DNA of 32,000 nt from Pseudodesulfovibrio piezophilus C1TLV30 (GTDB lineage Bacteria; Desulfobacterota; Desulfovibrionia; Desulfovibrionales; Desulfovibrionaceae), in assembly GCF_000341895.1 (NCBI RefSeq), contig NC_020409.1:30001-62000 (forward strand). The letters are read 5' to 3'. Below are positions 17,822 through 24,436 of this stretch, in pieces. The position numbers were made by a program, and so were the translations under genes. Position 1 is the stretch's first letter. Each line of letters opens with the position of its first letter. The notes beneath the pieces are model-generated. The model did no database searches and had not been told where the DNA came from. It saw nothing but the letters and a program-made list of their open reading frames with translations.

Positions 17822-18424
17822 ATGATTGTTATTGATGGTAAACAGTATGATATCAGCAGCCAGAATTTTGAAAATCTTGAGCAGGTTTTCAATAAGGTCG
17901 TGGAAGAAGGGCATCTGGAAAATCGTATAGTCACAGATGTCATGGTCAATGAGGAGCCTTTCACTGAAATTTATCCTCATCAGGCCGAAGATATTGAAAT
18001 GTCGGATGTTGAATCCATTGAGATCGTGACCATGGCCACAGATGACATGGCTGTGGAGATCACCCTGGAACTCTATAAGGTTGTCAACATCATGGCTGAA
18101 GGAGGCAAGCATGTCGCCGAGCTTTTCCGTCAGGCAGATGATGCCGAGGCCCTTGAAACATATCAGGATTTATTGGAAGTCATCCGGAATTTTCTGCGTA
18201 TGATCGGTGTGTTGCGCGATGAGTATTCGCTCAAAGATCATAAGGAATATGAGCAGAATGCCGAAGAGTTGAATGACATGTTTACGGAGATGTCTTCGGT
18301 GCTTGAAAATGAGGATTGGATTCTTCTTGCAGACTTGCTTGAATATGAATTTCTCCCGGCGGTGGAAAAATGGAAGAAAGTCATCAAACAGATTCGCGAC
18401 GACATTCGCACGGCAAAGAGGTAG
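17822..18424 (+). CDS. Hypothetical acidic 200-aa protein (N-terminal beta-grasp-like segment plus helical domain)
   Basis: A strong RBS GAGGAGGAG lies upstream of the ATG. The N-terminal pattern MIVIDGKQYDI...VMVNEEPF...DVESIEIVT resembles the ThiS/MoaD-type beta-grasp layout, but there is no C-terminal GG. I recognise no family. Confidence 0.65.
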   Translation: MIVIDGKQYDISSQNFENLEQVFNKVVEEGHLENRIVTDVMVNEEPFTEIYPHQAEDIEMSDVESIEIVTMATDDMAVEITLELYKVVNIMAEGGKHVAELFRQADDAEALETYQDLLEVIRNFLRMIGVLRDEYSLKDHKEYEQNAEELNDMFTEMSSVLENEDWILLADLLEYEFLPAVEKWKKVIKQIRDDIRTAKR

Positions 18425-18426
18425 AT

Positions 18427-18783
18427 ATGGCTACTCGGCGACAAATGATCGACGAAGCATTGTCTCTCGGGCGACAGGAGCTGGGATTTCTGTCTCGTGG
18501 TGATGTTTTCAAGGCAGAAAAATTGTCCAAGGATCGTGAACGGATCCTCGACGAAGCAATGGCAGGGCTTGATAAAGAGAGTCAGACCATGATTGCCGAT
18601 CGTCTCGTCGAGTTGAAGTCACTTCTTGATGAAATAACCGATGCCGGGTATCGATTACGTTCTTCGCTCAAACGTGATCTTTCAAACATGAAACAACAAA
18701 ATCGCCGGATAGCCGGATACAGTTTTGGTTCTGGCAATATGCCACGGCTCGCACGGGAACGGTTTGTCAGCAAAAAAGGCTGA
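18427..18783 (+). CDS. Hypothetical 118-aa helical/coiled-coil protein (possibly a FlgN/FliT-like chaperone; very uncertain)
   Basis: The ATG at 18427 is 2 nt after the upstream TAG, with AGAGG 5 nt upstream, which indicates translational coupling. The heptad-like helical sequence is MIDEALSLGRQELGFLSRGDVFKAEKLSKDRERILDEA. The track ORF start at 18370 overlaps the upstream gene. Confidence 0.6.
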   Translation: MATRRQMIDEALSLGRQELGFLSRGDVFKAEKLSKDRERILDEAMAGLDKESQTMIADRLVELKSLLDEITDAGYRLRSSLKRDLSNMKQQNRRIAGYSFGSGNMPRLARERFVSKKG

Positions 18784-18810
18784 TCTCCTCGAAAAAAGTG
18801 GATAGCCGGA

Positions 18811-18851
18811 GCGCCTTGATCAGTATATGGTCAGGGCGTTCTTTCCATTTT
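18811..18851 (+). terminator. Intrinsic terminator after the 118-aa gene
   Basis: 11-bp stem gcgccttgatc / ggtcagggcgt (including three G-U pairs) with a 7-nt loop, followed by TCTTTCCATTTT. Confidence 0.45.
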
Positions 18852-18923
18852 GATGAGAGGCAACTCGTTTCATGTTCAGCGTGTAACGGTCGACCAGGCA
18901 AGCGTCTCATTCGAGGCGGGCAC

Positions 18924-19850
18924 TCAGAATTCCTCCCACTCCATGACACCATTCTTTTCAGACGGTTCTCCCATGCCTTTGAACTGGATTCCCATTCGAG
19001 AAAAACCCGGACGACCTTCTACCAAAGTTCGTATTTTCCCGAAATACCAGTAGGGTTTGAATGATTTTTCCCGAAAGTTGAACATGAACAGATTGATAAC
19101 AACGGGTGATCCTACAGCGCAGGTTTCTGGGATGATGCTATTTTGAACACTGAGGCCAAGTCCTCCGTTCGAAATATTTATTACTGCATTGGCTGATTGC
19201 CCTGGCCCTTCATCGGTGAAGGAGTTGACTGCTATTTGTGCTGCCGCATCTTCGAATGGAATGTCGGATGTACGCGCATCCTCGACCCATAATTTGACAC
19301 GGATGAACTGCTGGTCGGCAACCTTTTTTCGGCTATGCTTTCGGCGCGGGATGAGCGTGTATTCTCTTGGGGCCGTGAGGATGATTCTGTTTGTTTTTCG
19401 GCCGGATTTATCCGACTCAATCAGCTTGGCCGTAAAGGAGTTGGTTTTTCCCTTGTCTGTCTTCAGTGGAGCAAAGAGACAAATAAGGTCGTTGCCTTCA
19501 TGTATTTTCAGAGTATCCAGTCGTTCTATGATCTCACAATGAATTTTTCCCGAGGATGCTGAAGTTATGACGCATCGAATTGCCACACCATCTTGATCCA
19601 GCGAGTTGAGAATATCTATGGTAGCGCCTTCCTGCTGAAGGATACGAGGGATATTATACCTTTTGTGGGATGTTTGTTTCCCGCTTCCTCGAAAGAGTCG
19701 TATGGCGCGAATGAGTAAAAAAAGTGCGAGAATGCCAAGGGCGATCGCCCCTGTGGAGCGCATGGCCTGAACGGACAGCCCTGGGGCGATACGGTGTATT
19801 GCCAGTGTCACTGCTTGAATCGTTTCGGTGATAATTTCCATGGGGAGCAT
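18924..19850 (-). CDS. Membrane-anchored YcgR-like c-di-GMP receptor (TM helix plus PilZN-like plus PilZ domain)
   Basis: The PilZ signature motifs are RRKHSRKK (RxxxR) and NISNGGLGL (D/NxSxxG). The N-terminal TM helix is GAIALGILALFLLIRAI. The gene starts 12 nt after the mltC stop. Confidence 0.75.
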   Translation of the reverse strand: MLPMEIITETIQAVTLAIHRIAPGLSVQAMRSTGAIALGILALFLLIRAIRLFRGSGKQTSHKRYNIPRILQQEGATIDILNSLDQDGVAIRCVITSASSGKIHCEIIERLDTLKIHEGNDLICLFAPLKTDKGKTNSFTAKLIESDKSGRKTNRIILTAPREYTLIPRRKHSRKKVADQQFIRVKLWVEDARTSDIPFEDAAAQIAVNSFTDEGPGQSANAVINISNGGLGLSVQNSIIPETCAVGSPVVINLFMFNFREKSFKPYWYFGKIRTLVEGRPGFSRMGIQFKGMGEPSEKNGVMEWEEF

Positions 19851-19862
19851 TGGGCGCTTTAT

Positions 19863-21050
19863 TTAGAAGTTGACGAAGTGTTTTTTCGCATCGAGCACTT
19901 TGCCAAGATATCGTCTTGTTTCTTGATAAGCGAGATGTTTGCGCAGGGTGCTGTAGACCTTAGCCGGCGGGGCTGCGTTGATAGCGGCTACTGCTTTTTT
20001 GCGGTTTTTATTAAAAGTGTTCAAAACAGTTCCAGCTCCTCCGTTATAGCCAGCTATGACACAATATTCTCTTGAGACAGGGCTTTTGATCCCATTGAGG
20101 AAACGGGTGTCGAGTAAATGAAGATATGCCGAGCCGTATGTTATGTTGGTTGCCGGCATGAGTAGATCCTTTCGGGATGGGGTGCCTTTTTTCCCATGCA
20201 AAAATTGATAAACATCGCTACCGGCAGTTTTGGGAACAACCTGCATAAGTCCCAGTGCCATGGCTGCGCTCGTGGCAAATGGGTTGAAGTCCGATTCTAC
20301 CTTCATGATGGCATAAATGAGATTTTTGCTGACAGAAAATCGTTTTGCTGCCGATTTGACCAGTTGTTCGTACTTTTTCGCTCTGATGTCCAGATGATCC
20401 CTGACCATGCTTATGCTGACAGAGTGGACTGTCTTGTGACCATTCTTTTTTGTTTCAAGAGAGTTTTTGATCAGATAGTCGGCAAAGTGTTCAGCACGCC
20501 ATGCCCAACGGATATCCTTGTTGTCTTGATCCTTAACTTCGCCAAGAAGAAAAGGTGTATCACCCAGTTTTACCGTTTGTGCAGAGTAGAGATCGACAGC
20601 CCTGGGATCTCCAGGGGTCAGGAGAGTTGTTACAATCGCATTCTTCAAGTTTTTTTTTGGCGTTTCTGTTGCAAGGGTTTCGATTGTTATGACACCGCTA
20701 TCGAAATCGATGCTGGCTCTGGAGAGATAATTGTCCGTATATTTGACGTAACTTTTAGGTTCAGGAAGGCGGACATTCTCTTTCCCCCAAACTTTTTCGA
20801 CTGACGTGACAAGCTTCTCAACCATCGAGGAGAAGTGTTTGATATCCGTTGCAAGGGCTTCAGGGTTCGTTGCATAGCCGATGGCTTTATCTCGTGCCAA
20901 TGCCTGTGCTGCGGTTGCAGGATTTCCTGTCGCTGCCGCTCGGACAATGCGTACAGCATCATATCGTGTACATGAGACCATGGATATACAGAGAAAACAG
21001 GCTAGTATGAGGTGGTTCATTATATGCAACACTCTAATTCTACTTGACAT
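19863..21050 (-). CDS. mltC: Membrane-bound lytic murein transglycosylase C-like lipoprotein
   Basis: The sequence is colinear with E. coli MltC as I recall it: YVKYTD...ITIETL, FADYLIKN, the SLT catalytic context IMKVESDFNPFA, ALGLMQVVPKTAG, AGYNGGAG and RRYLGKV. The lipobox is ISMVSC. Confidence 0.9.
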   Translation of the reverse strand: MSSRIRVLHIMNHLILACFLCISMVSCTRYDAVRIVRAAATGNPATAAQALARDKAIGYATNPEALATDIKHFSSMVEKLVTSVEKVWGKENVRLPEPKSYVKYTDNYLSRASIDFDSGVITIETLATETPKKNLKNAIVTTLLTPGDPRAVDLYSAQTVKLGDTPFLLGEVKDQDNKDIRWAWRAEHFADYLIKNSLETKKNGHKTVHSVSISMVRDHLDIRAKKYEQLVKSAAKRFSVSKNLIYAIMKVESDFNPFATSAAMALGLMQVVPKTAGSDVYQFLHGKKGTPSRKDLLMPATNITYGSAYLHLLDTRFLNGIKSPVSREYCVIAGYNGGAGTVLNTFNKNRKKAVAAINAAPPAKVYSTLRKHLAYQETRRYLGKVLDAKKHFVNF

Positions 21051-21152
21051 TTTTTATGCGACTGGCGAATGTGCCTAAGACGTTATGAATATTTTGAAGT
21101 AATTTCAAGTTGGTGTAAATCTTGACACAACAGGTTCACCCAGGAGGGTGGT

Positions 21153-21461
21153 ATGATTGATACACCGATTGTCGAGATCATCGATCCTGACCTTGAAGAG
21201 TTGATGGAACGTTTTTTTGATAATTCTCGCAAGGATATTAAAAGCATGCGCACTGCTTTGGAGTGCAAGGATTTTGAGACGCTGACCAGGCTCGGGCATA
21301 CGGCCAAAGGAACTGGGTATGGATACGGTTTCAAGGGAATGGGGAAGATTGGTCTTGCTCTTGAAGAAGCCGCAAAAATGAAAGATTGTGTAACAAGCCA
21401 TATGCATATTGATCGTATGGAACTGTATCTGTCCACTGTTAAAGTGAAATTCGGTAAATAA
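21153..21461 (+). CDS. Stand-alone Hpt (histidine phosphotransfer) domain protein
   Basis: 102 aa with a GGAGGG RBS. The Hpt signature is LTRLGHTAKGTGYGYG (HxxKG) within a four-helix-type sequence. Confidence 0.7.
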   Translation: MIDTPIVEIIDPDLEELMERFFDNSRKDIKSMRTALECKDFETLTRLGHTAKGTGYGYGFKGMGKIGLALEEAAKMKDCVTSHMHIDRMELYLSTVKVKFGK

Positions 21462-21560
21462 CTCGGCTTGTACAATTGTATTGTACCCAGTGAATCTGAG
21501 CACGAGGGTGTCTTCGGTTTTTATTTCTCGGTCTGAGCTCCATACTGGTCAACAAGGGCG

Positions 21561-21623
21561 GGGTAAAAGAAAATTCAAAAGGGCTTTCTCTTAAGAGAAG
21601 GCCCTTTTGAATTTTCTTTTACC
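21561..21623. terminator. 63-bp near-perfect palindrome; bidirectional intrinsic terminator
   Basis: The arm gggtaaaagaaaattcaaaagggc (21561-21584) is the exact reverse complement of 21600-21623. The central 15 nt (21585-21599) continue the stem with one G-U pair around a short apical loop. The inner GC stem is flanked by an A-tract and a T-tract, so it reads as stem plus U-run on both strands. Confidence 0.7.
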
Positions 21624-21930
21624 CGTTCAACCGTTGGCGGATGGACTGGAACGTTTTGTTAAGTAGGCTTATGGCCTTTTCAACCTTCTGTTTATGTTGG
21701 TCCCCGATCGCTTTCCAGCCTGACCTGTATCCCAGGTACTTTATATATAAGCACGATCCATGCCAGTGGATAGAGGCCTGGGCTGATTATTTTTACTATG
21801 TACTATATCAGAGAGTTAAGGGCTGTCCCAGCGCTTTCGTCTTTTCCGATAGGGGAAAAAATGTGCATCTCTGTCGAAAAAATGACAGGGCAGCATATAT
21901 TTCCGATATATTCTCATTGCCTGCCTCTGC

Positions 21931-22722
21931 CTATAAAAGTTCCATGGCTGCATCAACATCCCAGTTCTCGTGAACGACTTTGTTTAACGCCGCGACGATT
22001 TTGGCAGGATGTTTGTGCTGGAAAATATTTCTGCCGACAGAGAGGCCGGATCCACCAGCCTGGATGGAGTCATAGACCATTTGCACCAAATCACGGTCGT
22101 TTTCCATCTTCGGTCCACCTGCTATGACCACGGGAACACAACATCCGTCTGTAACTTGAGTGAAAGACGCCGGGTCTCCAGTATAGTTGACCTTGACAAT
22201 ATCCGCACCGAGTTCAACACCGGCACGAGCACAATGTGCGACAATGGCGGGATCGTATTCGTTGGTAATTTTGGGGCCTCGGGCGTACATCATGGCCAAA
22301 ACAGGCATTCCCCATTCATTGGCTTCAGAGCAGAGGGCTCCCAGGTCTGCCAACATATTGGGTTCTGTTTCATCGCCTAGATTGACATGGATTGAGACCG
22401 CATCAGCACCAAGTTTGATAGCGTCGGTAACAGTCCCGACCATCGATTTCGCATTGGGAAATGGAGAAAGGGAGGTCGACGCTGAAAGGTGAATGATCAA
22501 GCCGATGTCCTTTCCTCCAGCTCTATGGGAGCAGCGTGGGATTCCTTTATGCATGAGCATGGCGTTTGCCCCACCTTCTGCAACCTGGTTGACGGTATCT
22601 CGTAAATCAATCAGTCCATAGATGGGGCCGATAGTAACGCCATGATCAAGTGGGACAACAATCGTACGGCCGTTATTCCTGTTCATGATTCTTTCCATTC
22701 GAATCGCTTTACCCAGATGCAT
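21931..22722 (-). CDS. aroA': 2-amino-3,7-dideoxy-D-threo-hept-6-ulosonate synthase (archaeal-type AroA', DhnA-family class I aldolase)
   Basis: Close colinear resemblance to MJ0400-type ADH synthase as I recall it: RMERI, VVPLDHGV..GP..GLID, VAEGGANA, GLIIHLS, GADAVSIHVN, MMYARG, GADIVK..YTG, VVIAGGPK and VGRNIFQH. The ATG at 22722 has AAGGAG 6 nt upstream. The track start at 22758 falls in the U-tract of the upstream terminator. Confidence 0.85.
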   Translation of the reverse strand: MHLGKAIRMERIMNRNNGRTIVVPLDHGVTIGPIYGLIDLRDTVNQVAEGGANAMLMHKGIPRCSHRAGGKDIGLIIHLSASTSLSPFPNAKSMVGTVTDAIKLGADAVSIHVNLGDETEPNMLADLGALCSEANEWGMPVLAMMYARGPKITNEYDPAIVAHCARAGVELGADIVKVNYTGDPASFTQVTDGCCVPVVIAGGPKMENDRDLVQMVYDSIQAGGSGLSVGRNIFQHKHPAKIVAALNKVVHENWDVDAAMELL

Positions 22723-22756
22723 TGTGTTCTCCTTGTTTGGAGCCGTGGTGCGGCCC

Positions 22757-22792
22757 AAAAAAAACGAGGCCGCGGTGTCCCGCGGCCTCGTT
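22757..22792 (-). terminator. Strong intrinsic terminator inside the aroA' leader (attenuator terminator)
   Basis: On the - strand it reads aaCGAGGCCGCGG-gaca-CCGCGGCCTCGtt followed by TTTTTTTT. That is an 11-13 bp GC-rich stem, a 4-nt loop and a U8 tract. It ends 34 nt before the aroA' ATG. Confidence 0.85.
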
Positions 22793-22838
22793 AGTGATTC
22801 GTTGTTTATTATGAACTAGTGCACACCAAGACCGCAGG
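22780..22838 (-). promoter_or_regulatory. Candidate antiterminator pairing of the aroA' leader
   Basis: On the - strand, CCUGCGGUCUUG (plus coordinates 22827-22838, leader codons 19-23) can pair with the 5' terminator arm CGAGGCCGCGG (22780-22790). This gives 11 pairs including three G-U, with one bulged U. The pairing is mutually exclusive with the terminator. Confidence 0.5.
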
Positions 22839-22893
22839 TATTTCTAAAATAGAAGCTAAAAAAGAAAAAGAAACGAGCGGTATTTTTATGCAT
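22816..22893 (-). CDS. Candidate Phe/Tyr-rich leader peptide MHKNTARFFFFFSFYFRNTCGLGVH (25 codons)
   Basis: The ORF runs from the ATG at 22893 to the TAG at 22816-22818 on the - strand. Seven Phe and one Tyr codon fall within nine consecutive codons. The stop codon lies just 3' of the antiterminator segment. There is no obvious Shine-Dalgarno sequence. Confidence 0.5.
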   Translation of the reverse strand: MHKNTARFFFFFSFYFRNTCGLGVH

Positions 22894-22902
22894 GATTTAT
22901 TT

Positions 22903-22932
22903 TGATTAGCTGATGCTCCTGACGACTGTCAA
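22903..22932 (-). promoter_or_regulatory. Possible sigma70-type promoter for the aroA' leader
   Basis: On the - strand it reads TTGACA (22932-22927), an 18-nt spacer, then TAATCA (22908-22903). This would put the transcription start only a few nt before the leader ATG. The -10 match is modest. Confidence 0.35.
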
Positions 22933-22964
22933 GTGAAGTTCCATTATGATCTCAGATTATCGAA

Positions 22965-23348
22965 TCAATCAGCCAGTGCGATGCATTTGAATTCGACGAG
23001 TCCGCCAAGAGGAAGGGCTGAGACTTCAATTGCAGCTCTGGCTGGCTTATGAGCCGAGAAGTATTCGGCATAAATGGCATTCAGATTTGGGAATTGGCTC
23101 ATGTCAGTAACAAAGACATCAACGCTAAGTACTTTATTCAGCCCGGAACCTCCGGCGGCAAGAATCGTTTTCAAATTCTCAAGGGCTTGTCGGGTTTGGG
23201 CCTCGAACCCAAGGGCAAGTTCCCCTTTCTCTGGAATCAGCCCCAGTTGTCCGGAAACATAGATTTTCCCATCAGTTTTAGTCGCTTGAGAATACGGTCC
23301 TACGGCAGCAGGTGCTTGATCAGTATGGATAAGCTTGATGTCAGACAT
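22965..23348 (-). CDS. ridA: RidA family (YjgF/TdcF) reactive enamine/imine deaminase
   Basis: 127 aa with family-typical sequence throughout: APAAVGPYSQA, IYVSGQLGL, NLKTILAAGGS, KVLSVDVFV, PARAAIEVSALP and VEFKCIA. Confidence 0.9.
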   Translation of the reverse strand: MSDIKLIHTDQAPAAVGPYSQATKTDGKIYVSGQLGLIPEKGELALGFEAQTRQALENLKTILAAGGSGLNKVLSVDVFVTDMSQFPNLNAIYAEYFSAHKPARAAIEVSALPLGGLVEFKCIALAD

Positions 23349-23368
23349 GATATACTCCTTTTTATCAA

Positions 23369-24331
23369 TTAATTTCTAACCCACAGATATTTGCCTGTAA
23401 AGCTTGCGGGGAGCATCCTGACGATCTGAACAATACCGGCCATGACCATGATCGCAAAGAAGAGCCGCCCCCAGAATATGGCGTGAAAATTACTTCCGAT
23501 AAGCATGAGGAGAAAAGTATCTTCAATCAGAGAATGGCACAACCCCATGAGCGTGAGTGAGTAAAAGACATCTTTCTTGCCAATCGTTTCATTACGGGCT
23601 TCATTGATAATCAATCCACCCCCATAGGACAGGCCCATAGTGAGACCTATGACTGTGATTGCAGATGCTTTAGGGCCGATACCGATAGCTTTCAGGATGG
23701 GGCGCAGGACTCTGTTTATGAGGTCTATGACCTTGATGAACTGAAGAATTCTCATGATGGTCATCAGGCCGAGAATAATAAAAAAAATGGAGCCCAGAGT
23801 TCGGATTTGATCCAAGACCCATAAAAAGAGAGAGGTGGAATGCGTTATTTCTGGGGCAGCATGGAAAGCAAAAATCGCTTGTTCTTGCAAAAGGCCAGTC
23901 GTTGTAAAAAAAATGTGGAGAAGGAAGCCGAGGATCAATGCTCCTGTCAGGCGGATAAAGCATTGAAAGAAAAATCGAGCGCCGGATTTCCGGGCAATGG
24001 AACTTTCCATTGGGAGAGAATGGGCAACAAGTATGAGGACTGAAAGGACTGATGCCTGAGCAACTGTCAACGTCGTTTCAGATGCCAGAGAAAGAAAGAC
24101 GATGAGTCCTGCATAAGTTGTATTGATTATGGCGGTCCCCCATACGAGACCCATTTCAGGAGGGAGTCCCAAAGGTCCCATAATTGGGGTCAAGGGCCAT
24201 GCCAGATATTGGATAAGGCCAAGTTCTTGAAATACTTTGACAAGAAGGATGATTGGAATCATGACCTTGAACATTTCAAGGCTGGCCTTAGCCGCATCTT
24301 TTAGCAAGTTCTTCAGGGTATTAAGCATCAT
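23369..24331 (-). CDS. Nucleoside-recognition (Gate) domain membrane protein resembling the FeoB permease portion without a G domain
   Basis: 320-aa polytopic protein whose sequence pattern resembles the Gate / FeoB_C / Gate membrane region. It lies downstream of feoB. Confidence 0.7.
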   Translation of the reverse strand: MMLNTLKNLLKDAAKASLEMFKVMIPIILLVKVFQELGLIQYLAWPLTPIMGPLGLPPEMGLVWGTAIINTTYAGLIVFLSLASETTLTVAQASVLSVLILVAHSLPMESSIARKSGARFFFQCFIRLTGALILGFLLHIFFTTTGLLQEQAIFAFHAAPEITHSTSLFLWVLDQIRTLGSIFFIILGLMTIMRILQFIKVIDLINRVLRPILKAIGIGPKASAITVIGLTMGLSYGGGLIINEARNETIGKKDVFYSLTLMGLCHSLIEDTFLLMLIGSNFHAIFWGRLFFAIMVMAGIVQIVRMLPASFTGKYLWVRN

Positions 24332-24386
24332 TTTCCCAATTCAGTTCTTCTCGCTCCCGGACCATAGGTCAATCAGGGGGAAAAGA

Positions 24387-24414
24387 AAAGGGAAGCCCTG
24401 GAGGACTTCCCTTT
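24387..24414 (-). terminator. Intrinsic terminator after feoB
   Basis: On the - strand it reads AAAGGGAAG-uccuccaggg-CUUCCCUUU followed by UCUUUUCC. It starts 23 nt after the feoB stop. Confidence 0.55.
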
Positions 24415-24436
24415 GATTGAGTCATATTACTTACTG

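Noticed and set aside
20196-20804. 202-aa + strand ORF inside mltC
   Set aside because: mltC is colinear with E. coli MltC over its full length, so the antisense ORF is a shadow.
21122-21127. Perfect TTGACA hexamer upstream of the Hpt gene
   Set aside because: It lies only 26 nt before the ATG and overlaps the space needed for a -10 box plus the GGAGGG RBS. A weaker TTGAAG-16-TAAATC candidate at 21094-21121 fits better, but it is also unverified.
21816-21917. 33-codon basic ORF (MRIYRKYMLPCHFF...KRRKRWDSP) on the - strand, 13 nt after the aroA' stop, with GAGG upstream
   Set aside because: It is too short and compositionally odd to call from sequence alone, and no conservation data are available. 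It is not listed as a feature.
21641-21973. 110-aa + strand ORF in the Hpt/aroA' intergenic region (also 21798-22127)
   Set aside because: It has no convincing RBS, starts right after the terminator palindrome, runs into the 3' end of aroA' and is Cys/Trp/Tyr/Phe-rich with no family resemblance. I kept it only as a note in the finding on that region.
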